A stretch of DNA of 64,000 bases from Eledone cirrhosa (GCA_964016885.1 OZ024742.1:117366001-117430000), one strand, 5' to 3'. Counted from the first letter of the stretch, positions 1 through 13,560 are shown. The notes: generated by a model from the letters alone, not told the origin. Numbers and translations: made by a program.

Positions 1-392
1 CTGATTGCTAGTGTGCTGGGCATGAACCACAACAGAGTTTGGGCAGGCAGGAAATCTGTGTCAAATTGTTGTCGAAGCTGCTGAATGATGACCAGAAGGA
101 GAGGTACATGCAGATGTGTCAGGACATAAGACATCGTCGAGTGTCTTGAAACCAAACCAGACTGGGGAAAATCATCACTGATGATGAGTCAAGGGTACCC
201 ATTTTCTGGACATGGAAGCCATCAAGAGGGTTGGGATGAGGGGGCAGAATCCTTCCATGAGTGCATGGATGTGCAGCAGAAAAAGATGGGAAAGTATGTT
301 AGACACAAGGTGGATTATTTCTAAAGAGAAAACTTGCTGTTTGTAGTTTTATTTTCAACTCCAGTCCTGTTTCTTTTCTGACACATCTCGTA
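1..392 (+). mobile_element. Degenerate, internally deleted Tc1/mariner transposon (3' part)
   Basis: Translated pieces KLLNDDQKERYMQMCQDI and KIITDDES resemble the mariner ITGDE(S/T)W first catalytic Asp region. The QKRWE/YVRHKVDYF stretch (frameshifted) resembles the mariner C-terminus. The end ...TTTTCTGACACATCTCGTA looks like a mariner 3' TIR followed by TA. Confidence 0.7.
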
Positions 393-939
393 CATACATA
401 TATCAATTTTCTCAACACTGTTTATGTGAATGCTTAATTTAGTACAAGTTGTATATATGTAAGCACTATCAAAAATTGACATCAAAAATATTCTTTTTCT
501 ATCTTTACACCATAGAAAGATCAAACAAACTTCTATATATGTAGAGAGTCTGTCAATAGTTTTTTGTTGTTTTTTACTTTTATGGGGAATCAACAGTATT
601 CTACTTTGGTTATGAAATATGATTAATTTAAAGTAGATATAATAACATCAAAGGTGAATGGTCAACTAAGACTTGACAATTTATATTGGTTAAAAGAGAA
701 AATCAAACTGTTAATCATCAGTTAACCATAACAACCCGCTACTAAATAAGGTGTTTTCTAGTTTATATAGTTTTTTAACACTAATATTGAAATAACTCAA
801 TACAGAAAGCAATTTCATAAAAATAGCAGATTGTGTCAGAAAGTAATACAAAATGAAAATTTTACCTGCAAATTAAAATAAATTTTCTAATTTTTTAGTT
901 AGTAATTCATTTTTGACAGCAAAAGTTTCTCCCTACTTA

Positions 940-1392
940 CAGAACGATAAATGTATGATGCCTGTGTGTGACGTTTGATGCTGCATAGTAGTGAAACATG
1001 GGCTGGGACTGCAGAGGACATGTGTAGACTGAAAAGAAATGAAGCAACCCTGCTTCAGTGGGTGTGCAATGTAAATGTGAGGGAGAAGCTGGGTTTAAGA
1101 AGAATCTGAGGTTGTGTGCAGGAAAGTAGAATGCATTGATATGGGCATGTGTTGTGCACGGATGATGATCGTTGGGTGAAGAAATGCCAGGAAATCCCAG
1201 TGGAAGGAAGCTGAAGTAGAGGTAGACCAAGAAAGACCTTGGCAGAGGTGGGGAGTACTGACCTCAAATTGTTGAAACTCACAGAAGAGATGACAAAGGA
1301 ATATGGCAGGTGAAGAGATGCCATGCTGAGAAGGACCTTTCCAACCCATGCTAACATGCAAAATCCGACGTAAAAACAATGATGATGATGAA
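940..1392 (+). mobile_element. RTE-clade LINE 3' fragment
   Basis: Degenerate YDACV..MLHSSETWA..KRNEA..WVCNV C-terminal region. Ends CCCATGCTAACATG...GACGTAAAAACAATGATGATGATG, the (GAT)n tail shared with other copies in the window. Confidence 0.75.
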
Positions 1393-1547
1393 TAGGATTC
1401 TTTCATTTGAAAATATAAATTTTGAAGTAGCCAATAGATAATATTTAAAAAATGATAGTGTGAAAGTATCATAAATTATTACCTATATCCCAAATCTATT
1501 ACCAAATCCCAATTAATTTAATGATAAGCTGATAAAGTAACCACAAT

Positions 1548-1735
1548 GCTGGTCATTCCACCTGATAGAAATAGCATCGAAATCACTTTCAAATTGTAGG
1601 CTATCATATTGAATGTGAGAACCCATTGTATAATGTAGTCTTGAATATGAGCATATAAAATACCTGAAGCAAAGATGGTATGATTATGGCTGGAATACCT
1701 TTAATTATAAGCCTTTTTAGTCATGGTTGGCATGA
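1548..1735 (+). repeat. Copy of a ~190-bp dispersed non-coding repeat family
   Basis: Shares TAGAAATAGCA...ATAATGTAGTC...GATGGT...ATGGCTGGAAT.CCTTT blocks with copies at 38.5-42.6 kb. Confidence 0.55.
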
Positions 1736-2304
1736 TAGTAAACAATAACATGTTTAGCAAAGTATGAAGATATACATCCCTTCTCTTCAAGGTCAGAAAA
1801 TATTTCAAATCCCAACAACTTATGACATTCTAAAAGACATAAGTGAGACCCACAATGGAACACCACTCCCTCATTTAGAGTGATGCTACTATTACTCACA
1901 CTCAGGCACTCCTGACTCCCTTATCTCTCCTCCTCTCATCCTTCATGTTTTGTTCAACCCCCTGCCTCACTCTACACACTAACCACTATACCCAGTTCTT
2001 CCTCCCCAGAACATTGCTCCTTTGGAGCTCAATCCTTGCACATGTCTTTTTAAAAGGAATGTACCTGTAACAGTTTAAGCAGATCAACAGCATTGATCTT
2101 AACCTTCTTCTGATTGACTAATTGTAATTTTCTCAACTGAAAGAAGTAATTTGAAGGTCAGAGTTTTCCCAATACCGTCTTAACATGAATTATAATTTTA
2201 AAACTGAAATTATGGAATCATGTATTTATTTTTTTATAAAATGTCAAGCTATTGGAACAGACTTTCATGTTATTCTTTGTTTGTTTCATACATTTAAACA
2301 ATAG

Positions 2305-2470
2305 ATGCAGGTACAGTTGAATGTTTAAGATGTGTACTTTGCTATTGTATGGTTCTGGGTTCAATCTCACTGCATGACATCTTGGGCAAGTGTCTTTACT
2401 ATAACCTCAGGTCAATCCTAGCCTTGTAAGGGAAATTGGGTAGATGAAAACTATATGGTAGCCCATTGAA
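2305..2470 (+). mobile_element. tRNA-derived SINE (CORE-like), degenerate
   Basis: B-box-like GGGTTCAATCTC followed by CTTGGGCAAGTGTCTT core-like motif. Confidence 0.55.
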
Positions 2471-2948
2471 TTGATTATACTTGTAAACCAAAAGGTCCTG
2501 CCTTTTTATATATTGTGTCAGTGATACTGCTTCAGAATTACATTAAGAGTACATGTGGCTGTGTAATAGTAAACCTCTTATGTACATACCTTGGTCATGC
2601 CATACCTTGTTGAAATGTAACTGTATTTTAGTTGTTTGTTGTTTTTACAGCCAGCTGGAAGCTCTTCCTAATACCAGCCATGTTTGCAATGTAGAACTGG
2701 GTGGTCTGGTTTTTAGAATGGCCTGGCCAGTTGGTTGCACCATATCCTGCTCATAGCAGAACTGTATTTTAGGAGCTGTTATGAGGAATTGCTGGCCAGC
2801 AGATCGCGTCAAACCTCGCTCATAGCAGAGCCTGTGCTTTAGCTGGGTTTTTATGGCTGCTGGATGTCCTTCCTAACATCAAATACATTTTCAGGCCACT
2901 CATGAGGCCAGTTTGGCCAGTTGGCTGCATTGTACCTTGATTTATATA

Positions 2949-2952
<4 letters not shown>

Positions 2953-2993
<41 letters not shown>
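2953..2993. repeat. (TG)n microsatellite
   Basis: Seen directly in sequence. Confidence 0.95.
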
Positions 2994-2995
<2 letters not shown>

Positions 2996-3217
2996 TCCAT
3001 GCTGATCTCGTGCTAAACTAAATAAGTCTTTTAAGGACATTTACCTTGCCAATGCAGAGATTAAACTGAAGCAATTCTTTGCAACCAGATCCCCTTCCTG
3101 GTGTCAAACCTTTTACTTTCCTCTTAAAATATGCAGGAATATGATTTATCTATTCTAAACCAGAAACACAGTAATTATCTGGAGACTAAACAACATTGTT
3201 TTTTCTATTCTCTTCAG

Positions 3218-3428
3218 GTGATATGGCGGAAAATGACAAATAGGCATCCAATCACTGTTGGAACATATACATTTATCAGTGATAAAAGTTATTCTATTCA
3301 ACGCCAAATTGAAAAAAATGAATGGAATCTTGTAATAGATAAAGTACAAGCAAAACATGCTGGTCTCTATGAATGCCATATATCAAGTAAAGAAGAAAAA
3401 AACTTTTATGTATATTTAAATGTTATAG
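3218..3428 (+). CDS. Internal coding exon of an immunoglobulin-superfamily cell-surface protein (Dpr/DIP/Zig-8/lachesin-like Ig domain, second half)
   Basis: Polypyrimidine tract with TTCAG acceptor ending 3217; G|GTAAGT donor at 3429. Translation VIWRKMTNRHPITVGTYTFISDKSYSIQRQIEKNEWNLVIDKVQAKHAGLYECHISSKEEKNFYVYLNVI has the Ig C-strand Trp, WNLxI, the AGLYEC (DxGxYxC) motif and the Dpr-type TVGxYTF motif. Phase 0 in, phase 1 out, as is typical of Ig-domain exons. Confidence 0.88.
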
Positions 3429-3587
3429 GTAAGTCATGTGTTCCACTTTTCCTTCATATTTTAGATTTGCATTTGTGATTATTATAAATTATTATTATTA
3501 TTATTGTTCTTCGAGTCTCAGTCATTGCTGTTAGTTAACTGGAAAGTTTGTTGAAATGAATATCAAGCCACTACCTGCAGCCTCAGA

Positions 3588-3624
<37 letters not shown>

Positions 3625-4799
3625 GATGTTGTTGTTGTTTTAATTCTGATAAAATATTCAATTATATACAGCTTTATCTTTCAAGACAAGAATATAAAAA
3701 AAAAATGAAAAACGTTATTCAACACTACAGATCTAGATGTACAGATCTATTTTTATTCGTTTTTTTATGTAAAAAGTTTGTATGCATATATATATATGTA
3801 ATAAATGCATATCTATACATGTATGTAAGTGCATATACTGCATGTGTACCAGGTGGTGCTATTAAATTAGGCCTTTCATTGAACTATGGGCAGCTAAAGG
3901 AGATTAGAGTCTGACTCAAGTTATTTGTGTAATACATACATATACATACACATACAAACATACACACATGCATACACCTATAGTGTCATGCTTGAGAAAT
4001 AATATCAAAAAATATAGAACACTCAACATAAAGTTATAGAATAATCTTTAAATACATTAATAATATATTTGTATATATGTGGTAAAATAAGTTAACTTAT
4101 GATAGAATATTTTCTATAATATGGGGAATGAAGCAAAGATTAAAAAAGTATGAACATGAAAGCAATGTTAGCCTAAATGAATAGTTGAACTACAAGTCTC
4201 TTCCTAGTTTTGTTGGTTACTGCTGTTTCATCAAGGACATCGACATATGTTCATTTTATAGATAGAGCAGATAACAGGTACCAATTTTATTTAATTGCAT
4301 ATCATTGAATATTATGTAACTTATGTACTGAGAAAGCATGAGAGGATGAAATGTGAATAAGTTCAAATATATACATTTAATAAACACACATTCAGACAGT
4401 TGAACACAAGTAAATAATCTTCATAGCACAGGAATAATCAGTCAATTTTGCAGGAGAGCCTTGCAGTTTAACCTCAACAACTAATTACACACTTTAAATT
4501 TGAATGTGTGTATGGTTATTCAATATATTTATGTAACTTATTTTCAACATATCCACATCAGTATACATTATATATATATGATAAAAAATAGAAGTGACTG
4601 TGACTGTGCAAATGTTTGTATAAATTTCATCATTTTCATATATAAACGGAATTCTCTTTGCTCAGATCAACACATTCTTCGCAGATGGTCTTCCACAACA
4701 ATAACACAGAATTCACGGGCCATCTCCTAATCAAATATGCTCTGTATTCTTTGTTTATGTTTTCCATAATTCCTTTTATTAATTAACTTATTATACAAT

Positions 4800-4862
4800 C
4801 CCCACCTGATGATGTCACCAGGGTCTTACATAACCAGGCCATTGAAATATATATGGTGCTTT
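4800..4862 (+). ncRNA. Degenerate minimal hammerhead-ribozyme-like core (Penelope-type pLTR relic)
   Basis: CAC-CTGATGA-...-GAAAT-ATAT-AT-GGTG; the cleavage triplet is degenerate. Confidence 0.35.
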
Positions 4863-4937
4863 GCAACAGTAAAACTTTAAAGGGATACCTCCAATCCCTG
4901 GCCTCCTGTTGTTTTAATTAAATAAATAAATATACTG

Positions 4938-4946
4938 TGTATATAT

Positions 4947-5023
<77 letters not shown>

Positions 5024-5050
5024 TAAACACACATACATACATACATATGT
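4938..5050. repeat. (TA)n/(CA)n compound microsatellite
   Basis: Seen directly in sequence. Confidence 0.95.
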
Positions 5051-5057
5051 ATAGATA

Positions 5058-7095
5058 TTATCATCATCTTCATCATTTTTATGTCTATTTTCCATTTTTG
5101 CATGGGTTGGACAGGTCCTTTTCAGCTCAACATCTTTTCATTTGTTGCGTTCCTTCTGTGAGTCTCACCATTTTAAGATCAGCTCTCACCACCTTTACCC
5201 AGGTTTTTTGGTCTGCTCTTACTGTGGCTTCCTTTCACTGGAAATTCCTGGAAATTCTTCACCAGCAATCATCATCCATGTGCTTCACATGTCGATACCA
5301 ATTCAGTCTTCTCTCTTGCATACCACTTTTGATTCTATATAAACTCACTTTCCCCCCTCAGTTGATCCAAGCTTTGGCATTCTTTCACATTTATATTGCC
5401 CATCCAACAATGCATGGTTGTTTCATTTCCCTCCAGTGTACACATATTCTCTGCAGTCAACGCCCATGTTTTACTTCCATGCAACATCACACTTTGCACA
5501 CAGGCATCATCTAACCATTCTTTTGAACATAGTGAGAAACCTTTTGTTGTCAACAGTGGGAGTAGCTCTGTATACTTCTTCCGTCCTATCTCTATTCTCA
5601 CTATTATGCTCTTTGAGCACCTTCCTCGACTTCTAATTAGTTCACCTACGTAGCAGAAGCTATCAACCACTTCTATGGATCCTTCTTGTGTTTGGAAAAG
5701 GTTTATATCACTGATGCTCTTCCCATCGATTGCCCCTGTGCATCAAGTACATACAAAGACTTGCTTTCCTGTTAGTCTGTATGCTAACCACTACACCTAT
5801 TGTGTACCCAAGATTTTTATTGTGTACATGTATAGAGTTTATGTCTACTCCTTTTTTGTCATATCAAGCAGGGACATTTCCCTGATAATATCAGTGTCCT
5901 GTCTTCTTTCCTGCTTACCAACACTTTTGACAGTAAATTCTGTTTCCATATTTTTTATGGATTCAGCTATAAGGACAAGATCATTCACATAGAGAAGTTG
6001 CCATGGAGATCTTGTCTTAAACTTCTCTGTTATGGCCTGGAGGACCAAAATGAACAGCAATAGTCTGAGATCTAAAGCCTGATGAATTCCTACCTGTACC
6101 TTGAATTCATTATTAAACTCACTTCCTACTCTCACTTTACTGACAGCTTCTCTATACATGGCTTGCACCACTGCTCTTACAAGCCATTTTTCTATACCTA
6201 ATTTTCTGAAGGACCACCAGATAACTGATCGAGTTACTCTGCCACAGGCCTTTTCTAGAACAAGAAAATCTAAATATAGTGGCTTATTCTTGGATTGGAA
6301 CATGTAGTTGCCTCATTAAGAAGAGGGCATCTATAGTACATAAAACCAAACTGCATCTCATCTAATTTGACTTTTTCCCTAATTAGTTGTGCTATAACTC
6401 TTTCCATCACTTTCATAACTAGATTATACTGCTGTGCCACTTATTGGGTATATCTCCGTCCTGCATTACCTAATTGACTATGCGTGTTACTAGTTGAACT
6501 CCTACTTCTCTCGATGCTTTTAGTATATCGCTGTCGATCTCTGACAATCCTGTGGCTCCCCCATTCTTCATATGCTTGATTGCTTCTTTGATCCTATAAC
6601 TGTAAATTTCAATTGCTAGTTCCTCTTTTAGGTAAGTTGTTGGTAGTCTCTCTATTTTTCCCTTTCATTCTCCACATTCATCAGCCTCTCATAGTATCAT
6701 TTCCAGGCCTCTTTCTTTTGAGCACCAGTGATACTAAGTACACTAGTGTCATTTCTAACACACTTTTCCCCAACAACATCCCAATTCACACTGGTGCACT
6801 GCTTTGCAATGTGGAACACTTTATATTCTTGATCCTGACGTTGCAAGACATGGGCAAACATTTTTTTTTCAGCCTTTTTCCAAGCTATGTACACTTGTCA
6901 TCTAGCTTCTTTTTTAGCTACTTGGTACTGGCCTCTGTTATCCATATTTTCTATTCTTTCCATATCTGTCTCTTGGTTTTAATGGCTCTGTCCACTGTGC
7001 TGTTCCACCACCGGGCTGGTGCTTAGCTCCAACCTCAAGTCTCATCTGTGAGTACAACAGGTCATCATGTAAGAATTTCCAATTGTCCTCTGTGA
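5058..7095 (-). mobile_element. RTE-clade LINE, 5'-truncated and internally deleted
   Basis: Minus-strand ORF pieces LYLDFLVLEKACGRV...VQVGIHQALDLRLLLFILVLQ...WQLLYVNDLVLIA (RT motifs, degenerate YADD) and VDSFCYVG...DACVQSVMLHGSKTWA. (CAT)n tail at ~5060-5075. Confidence 0.85.
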
Positions 7096-7309
7096 TATCA
7101 TACTCACACACACACATATATATATATATACATATACACACTCACATATCTATATGTATATATGGACTTATAATCCCTGGTGAAATAGTAGGGTTGGAGG
7201 TTTTAAACTTCACAAAGCCCATCACTTTCAAGCTCTGAACTCTGATGATTTCTTCCAGAGAAAGTTAGAAAACATGATAAAGAGGAAGTGTGAAAGAGAT
7301 ATAGAGAAT

Positions 7310-7430
7310 GAATTAACTCCAATACTAGAATGGTACTTTTCTTATCGATCCTGAAGATGAAAGGCAAAGGTGACTTCAGTAGGATTTGAACTCAGAGCAT
7401 AGAACTAAAATAAATACCACACATTGCACC
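7310..7430 (-). mobile_element. SINE fragment (family with the CTTTGCCTTTCATCC...GGGGTCGATAAAATAA core)
   Basis: GTACTTTTCTTATCGATCCTGAAGATGAAAGGCAAAG...GGATTTGAACTCAGA is the reverse complement of the copies at 13230 and 21815. Confidence 0.7.
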
Positions 7431-7887
7431 TTACCTATGGCATACTTCCTAAGCTTGACCCATAGGATAAGGAGGGATCTTCACCTGAATTAATGGCCAG
7501 CAACCCCCTAGTGCCGGTGATCTACAAGATGAATACACTCAGTACACTAAAGAGGTTGGTGATAGTTGGGGCACCTGGCCATAGAAAAGTGTCGGAAAGT
7601 CTATTCACTTGTGTCAAAGACATGAAAACAACCCTTAGGCGGGTGTTGTGATACAATCCACACATTGCACTCTGTACAGTTCAAGAGCATATATAAGCAA
7701 GAAATTGGCCCCCAGCTCACCTGTGAGTACTGACTAGATCTGTGACAACCCATCCAACCCCTTCTGGCAAGGAAAATAAACATTGAATGATGATGATGAT
7801 GATGATAATTGTGCAAGACCACATTTCAGCACAAAACCTCAATTCATTGAACCGCTGGTCTTGCTTCAAAGTTATAATCGAACATAA

Positions 7888-7937
7888 ATGTGTATACATA
7901 TACTTATGTATGTGCATGTATATATACATGTGTATTT

Positions 7938-7988
<51 letters not shown>

Positions 7989-8070
7989 CACACACATATA
8001 TATATATATATATATCAATACATACATATATATATATATATACCTGTATACATACATGCACACATACACA
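7888..8070. repeat. (TA)n-rich microsatellite
   Basis: Seen directly in sequence. Confidence 0.95.
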
Positions 8071-8339
8071 CAGAAACATTACTATATATGGGTGAATGAA
8101 ATGAATTTGCATGTGTTTAAGAATTTATGTTTTATGAGGTATAGCCAAATTGGAACATCTTATTTACATCATTTTAGTCACTAGTCAAATTGGGTGTGTA
8201 AGTTTGTATGGACCTGTAATTCTTGATGGAACCATATCAGCATATTTTGGACATTATAAAATCCCCTCTCACAGCAAATGTCTTCTAGGGGAGAGAGAAA
8301 GTAATAGATAGGAAGTGAGAAAGAAATATAGAGAAAGAA

Positions 8340-8495
8340 TTGACCACAGTACTGAACTGGTAATCTTTTTTATTAACTTCAAAATCATTAAAGGCAAAGT
8401 AGCCCATAGCAAGATTTGAACTCATAAATTGCAGAGATCTGGAATGAATGCTGCAAAGAATTCTATCCAATTTTCGACTAACTCTGCCAATTCTT
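8340..8495 (-). mobile_element. SINE fragment, same family
   Basis: AAAGGCAAAG...AGATTTGAACTCA reverse-complement core. Confidence 0.55.
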
Positions 8496-9587
8496 TGCCT
8501 GAATCAGGTGTACTCCTTAGCAAAATAAAATAAGTACCCAACAACATACTATTATCGATATAAATCAGCTAAAACCATAGATGGCAGTGTCCCAGCATGG
8601 CTTTTGTCCAATGACTGAAATCAGGAGAAAAAAAAATGTGTGAATAATTTGTGTGTGTGTGTGTGTGTGTGTAGTTCAAGAATAAATGAGACAAACACAG
8701 AGATGCAAAACACAAAGTCTTAACACACACACATATATATACACATGCATATACATGATTTTGGATGTATGAAACAATTTTTGTCCTTTAAAAGTCATTT
8801 CTATCTGAAATAAATTATATATATATAGAGAGAGAGAGACATTCATATATATATATATATACACATGTATATATAAGATTATAAGATCATTTTGTACAGA
8901 TGAGTGTTTAATAAGCCTACATATACATAGAAAAAATACATGTGTATATATAATCTCTCTCTGTATATAAATGGTAGTTGTCTGTGTGTGTTTACCTTTT
9001 ATTCAGAAACTGGGAACTGGACACTTACAAAATGGTATATGTTATTGTTCCTCATCTGAGACAGGTAATTGTAGCATTTATTGTGGTATATACAACATCT
9101 ATAGTTAATTAAATTCATTTTCTTTTTTTGTATTCATATAAAGAATCTGTTCAGTGAAAGAAAGAGAGTATGGGAGAATGAAAGAAGAGAGAGACGATGA
9201 CAAAGAAAGAAAAAGAGGGAAAGAAGAGAGAGACATGTGATAGAATATGAAAGTGAAAAACTTTGAGATGGAGGAATAGAAAGAGAAAGAGACATATGCC
9301 AAAAGAGAGAGAAGTAAAACCAGACACAGATATAAAATGCTCAAACACATAATTAATTGTGAACAAAGAATAACAGTTGGGAAGTGGATAAAGAAATATC
9401 AACAGAGTAAAAAATGAGAGACAAAGAAAAAGGTTGAGATTTAAAAACAGAAAGCTAAAATTTGTGACAGACAGTGAGAGGTGGGGATCAACATTGTTTG
9501 GTCATAAGTTTTACAACATTACATATGTGAGTGATTGAATGTGTGTGTGTGCACGCATGTGTGTGTGTATATTTTTTTTCTTATTCA

Positions 9588-10130
9588 AAAGGAGGTCTGG
9601 AAATGTTAATATGAGAGGCTGATGAATGTAGATTTTGAATGGGAGGAAGAAAAACTACCCCCAACTTACCCAACAGAAAGACCAGCTATTGAAGTTAAGT
9701 TAAAGGGTCAAGAAGCAATCAAAGAGATAATGAATTGTAAAGCTGCAGGACCATCAGAGATTGCTGCTGAAATGCTAAAAGCATTGGGAGTAGTAGGAGT
9801 TGAACTAGTAACCCACATAGTCAATCAGGCAATACAGGACAGAGTCATACCCAATGACTGGTGCAGCAGTACAATCATAAATTGCTACAAGAGTAAAGGT
9901 GATTCTCTAGAAAGGAGCAACTACAGAGGAATAAAACTAATGGATCAAGTTATGAAAGTGAGAGAAAGAGTTATAGCACAACTAATTAGGGAAAGAGTCA
10001 AATTAGCTGAGATGCATACATGAATGGTGATTGATAGGTGAAGAAGTGTCAGTGGATGGAAGCTGCAGCAGAGGTAGACAGCGAAAGACCTGGGGAGAGG
10101 TGATGAAAGCTGACCACAAATCACTAAATG
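9588..10130 (+). mobile_element. RTE-clade LINE fragment (RT N-terminal part fused to a 3' piece)
   Basis: AIKEIMNCKAAGPSEIAAEMLK...IPNDWCSSTIINCYKSKGDSLERSNYRGIKLMDQVMK (RT domains 0-2), then jumps to the GSCSRGRQRKTW 3' region. Confidence 0.85.
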
Positions 10131-10259
10131 TCCAAGTAACGATGCCAACAAAATTTCAAATTCAGTGTGGTCTTCTTTCACTGTCACCCTATAGATCTCT
10201 GTATTTCTCTTCAACTACCCCACCCTTATGTCTAACTTTCTGCTATGTTTAAGATATCT

Positions 10260-10870
10260 CTCATAACACCTGTCAGCCCTCCTGTCGTTTCACTCAGCAT
10301 CTTTCTCAATGTCTCCTCAGCTATATCCTCTGACAATCTGAGAACTGAATTGCTCTCTCCACATTTAAAAATTCATGAATTTCTTATTTCTTTTTTAAAG
10401 TTCATACCAGTATAACACCTATTACTATCACTTCATTTTTCAAGCTGTTTGCTACTATCACCATACACCTCTCTTTCACTAACTACCTTGCAATCCTAAA
10501 CACATCTCTCTAAGCCCAGCTTTTAATTCATTGGTTCTATAAAGATTTTTCTAGATGCCTCTTGTGTTCTCTTCACATCTTTCTTTGCAACTCTCTTAAA
10601 CTGCCTTGTAACTCTGATGTGCTGACTCATCTGGTAACATACCCTTCGATCTCTGCTGTTCTCTGAATCTGCTCCTATTCTCAATAATCCTCTTTTCTTC
10701 TTCATAATCCCACTACTATGTTTCCAAGTGTCTTGGTGGTCTTTTTCTGCATCCACTATATCACCAACACCACCTAACATGCCATCTTTTAAGTACTTCC
10801 AAGTACTCTCAACTCATTTGTATTCTCTTTTAACACACGCAATTTCTTTCTGAGAGCATCCTTATTGCTA
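10260..10870 (-). mobile_element. Degenerate LINE fragment (probably a second RTE family, EN-RT linker)
   Basis: Purine-rich minus-strand reading with a linker-like translation (10523-10780); heavily degenerate. Confidence 0.4.
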
Positions 10871-11387
10871 CTTTCTTTAACTGCCACAGTTTGCTTAATT
10901 GGTGGCTAATTCTAAGTTTATTTATGTTCAGGTTTCAGCAATTGATGTTCTTAATTAGGTATGTCATACCTTGATATGATGATGTGGACTGAGTTCCCAA
11001 ATGATAGGCTTCTGGCATTAAAGTCCCTTTTAGTGTTCAGCTGTTATTGAACATAATTGTGCTTATGGATATTTTTTTAACGAGGTACATTCATTAAGTT
11101 TAGGAAATTGACATTCGTTATTACATCTGTTTAGGTCATACCTTGACACTGTGTGAGATGACCCCCCATTAACAGGCCTCTGGTATAAACTTCCCTTAAT
11201 GGCATCAGCTTTTATTGCATTTAGTTATATTCATGGCCAACTTTTTATTGGGGTAAATTTGTTTATGTTCATGTTAAGGTGATTGACAGTTTTAGTTATG
11301 TATATCTATAGTTACTTCTGTATGCTGAAAACCTGGTTCTTATACTTGAATCAGTAGTAGAGCTAGAAAAGAGATTTCTCTGTGGAA

Positions 11388-12780
11388 ACATCATCATCAT
11401 TTCTTTACATCCAGTTTTCCATACTTGTATGTGTTGGATGGATCTTTTCCAGTACAGATCCTCGCTCTACCTACTGCATCTCTTTGTAATTTCCTCTATG
11501 AGGTTCAGCATTTTGAGATCCACTCTCATAACTTCTGCTCAGATCTCCATTGGTCTTCCTCTTCTGCAGGGAACTCCTGGCGCTTCTTCAACCAACAATC
11601 ATCATCCATATGCATTACATTTCCGTACCAACACATTCTTCTCTCCCACACATTTAATTTGAATCCTCTTATACTCATTTTTTTTCTCAGTCCTTTCATG
11701 CTTTTCTGCTCATGCATATTAACATCAAACATCCCTTAAAGCAGGCTTGCTTCATTTTTCTTCTGCTTTCATATATCCTCTACAATTCATTAAAACACAA
11801 CAGTGTGCTTCACACACAGGCATCATACAGTTAGCCTTTCGTTCATGGAGTGAAATGTTTTGTTGTCAATAAAGACAGTAGATCTCTGAACTCTTTCTAT
11901 CCTATTTTTATTCTTGCTACTAAATTTCAGAGAAACATCTTCCATTCCTAATTTGGCCACCTATGTAACAGAAGCTATTAACTACCTGTATGGAGCTTTG
12001 CCATAATTGGAGAAAGTTTATTATGCCATGACTCTTATTACTAAATACTTCTGTTGATCTCCTTCATATAAAGTCTAACTTTTCAGTTAGTCTGCCTAAA
12101 ATACCACTACACTCTTGTGTACCCATGTTTCACATTATTTATATCATAATAGAGCACCTACCTACTGCTCTTTTCTATATATTGAGCATAGCCATTTCCA
12201 TGATGGGAACTGTGTCCTTTCTTATTTACTAAACCTTTGGAATTTTGCCAAGTTTACTCTGAGCTCTTTTGATTCTATGTTCTTGGTTCCATATGCCACA
12301 GTGAAGGCAACTCATCTAGAAGGGCAGTCATTACACAATGCAGGCATTACATAATTACTCTCAGACCTTCTGATTCTAAGTTCTGTTTAGTTTGTAGGAA
12401 TTTTTCTCTAGTTCTTCTACAGATTTAGGAATAAGAACCAGGTCATCAGTCACAGGATTTCAGGGGGCCTTCTCTACATCATAGAAAGATAGACATAGCA
12501 ACTTACACTTTGCTAGGAACTTCTCTTGTAGTCTCACTAAGAAAAGGACACCTCTGGTATGCCCTCCTAGCACAAAACCAAAATGCGTCTCATCTAATTT
12601 GACTTTTTCTCTCAATAGTTATGCTAAAACCCTTTCTGTCATTTTCATACCTTGAACCATTAGTTTTATGTCTTTGCATCACCTTTTCCCTTGTAACAAT
12701 TAATGATTAAACTACTAGGTCAGTCATTGTGTATGGCATCATCATATCTTACCTGATAGACCATGTTACAAAATTCTGTA
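11388..12780 (-). mobile_element. RTE-clade LINE fragment
   Basis: (CAT)n tail at ~11390. Minus strand RRMCWYGNVMHMDDDCWLKK and RT-region homology to 5058-7095. Sequence at ~12060-12410 appears to be unrelated inserted DNA. Confidence 0.75.
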
Positions 12781-13227
12781 AATAGTAAAGCTTCCTGATT
12801 AGGTTTCAGCTGTCCCTATAGTTCTGGTAGTGGTGGGAAAGGAGGAAGAACCACTGACTGAAAATAATGTAACAATAGTAGAAGAATGTATCCTCCTTAC
12901 CCAATGATACGAACCTAGACAGTGTTAATATTCTCTAGCATGCAGAACTCCAGGTGCAAGCCGTCTCATGGTAGCAGTGGGGCGAATGGAAAAAGTATTA
13001 CCCTGGAGGATAGCAACATGAAATAGTAACAGTAGAAACATCATGTTAAAGGTAGAAATAAAGATAAAAGATACAGAACAAAATTATAGAATGTAAAAAA
13101 ATATATATATATATACCTAATGATACCTAGAAAATAAATATAAAATGTATGTAAAAATAGATAAATTTAATTTTAATTTGATTTCGTATTTTCATTTCAT
13201 CTTTATTTTTACATTGTTTTCTTTGTT

Positions 13228-13560
13228 TATTGGTAGAACATCAGACACCATGCTTTGTAGCATATAGTTACGGCCCTTTACGTTCTGATTTCAACATCCT
13301 GCTGAGGTTAACTTTGCCTTTCATCCTTATGGGGTCGATAAAATAAAGCACCAGTAAAGAATTGTTCGATTTAATCGACTTTCCATCCCCCAAAATTGTT
13401 GGCCTTGTGTCTAATGTAGAAATCCTTTTTTCACATGGATTGACAGCATTGGTAGAGCATTAAACAAAATAATTTGTGGCATTTACTTACACCCCTTTAT
13501 ATTCTAAGTTCAAATCCTACCAAGGCCAACTTTGCCTTTCATCATTTTGGGGTGTGCCTA
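13228..13560 (+). mobile_element. Two tandem SINE copies
   Basis: GGTAGAACATCAGACACCATGC...TTCTGATTTCAAC...CTTTGCCTTTCATCCTTATGGGGTCGATAAAATAAAGCACCAG, then a second head and core from ~13445. Confidence 0.8.

Noticed and set aside
3131-3217. N-terminal part of ORF 3131-3478
   Set aside because: Lies upstream of the splice acceptor and includes the polypyrimidine tract; it is intronic read-through.
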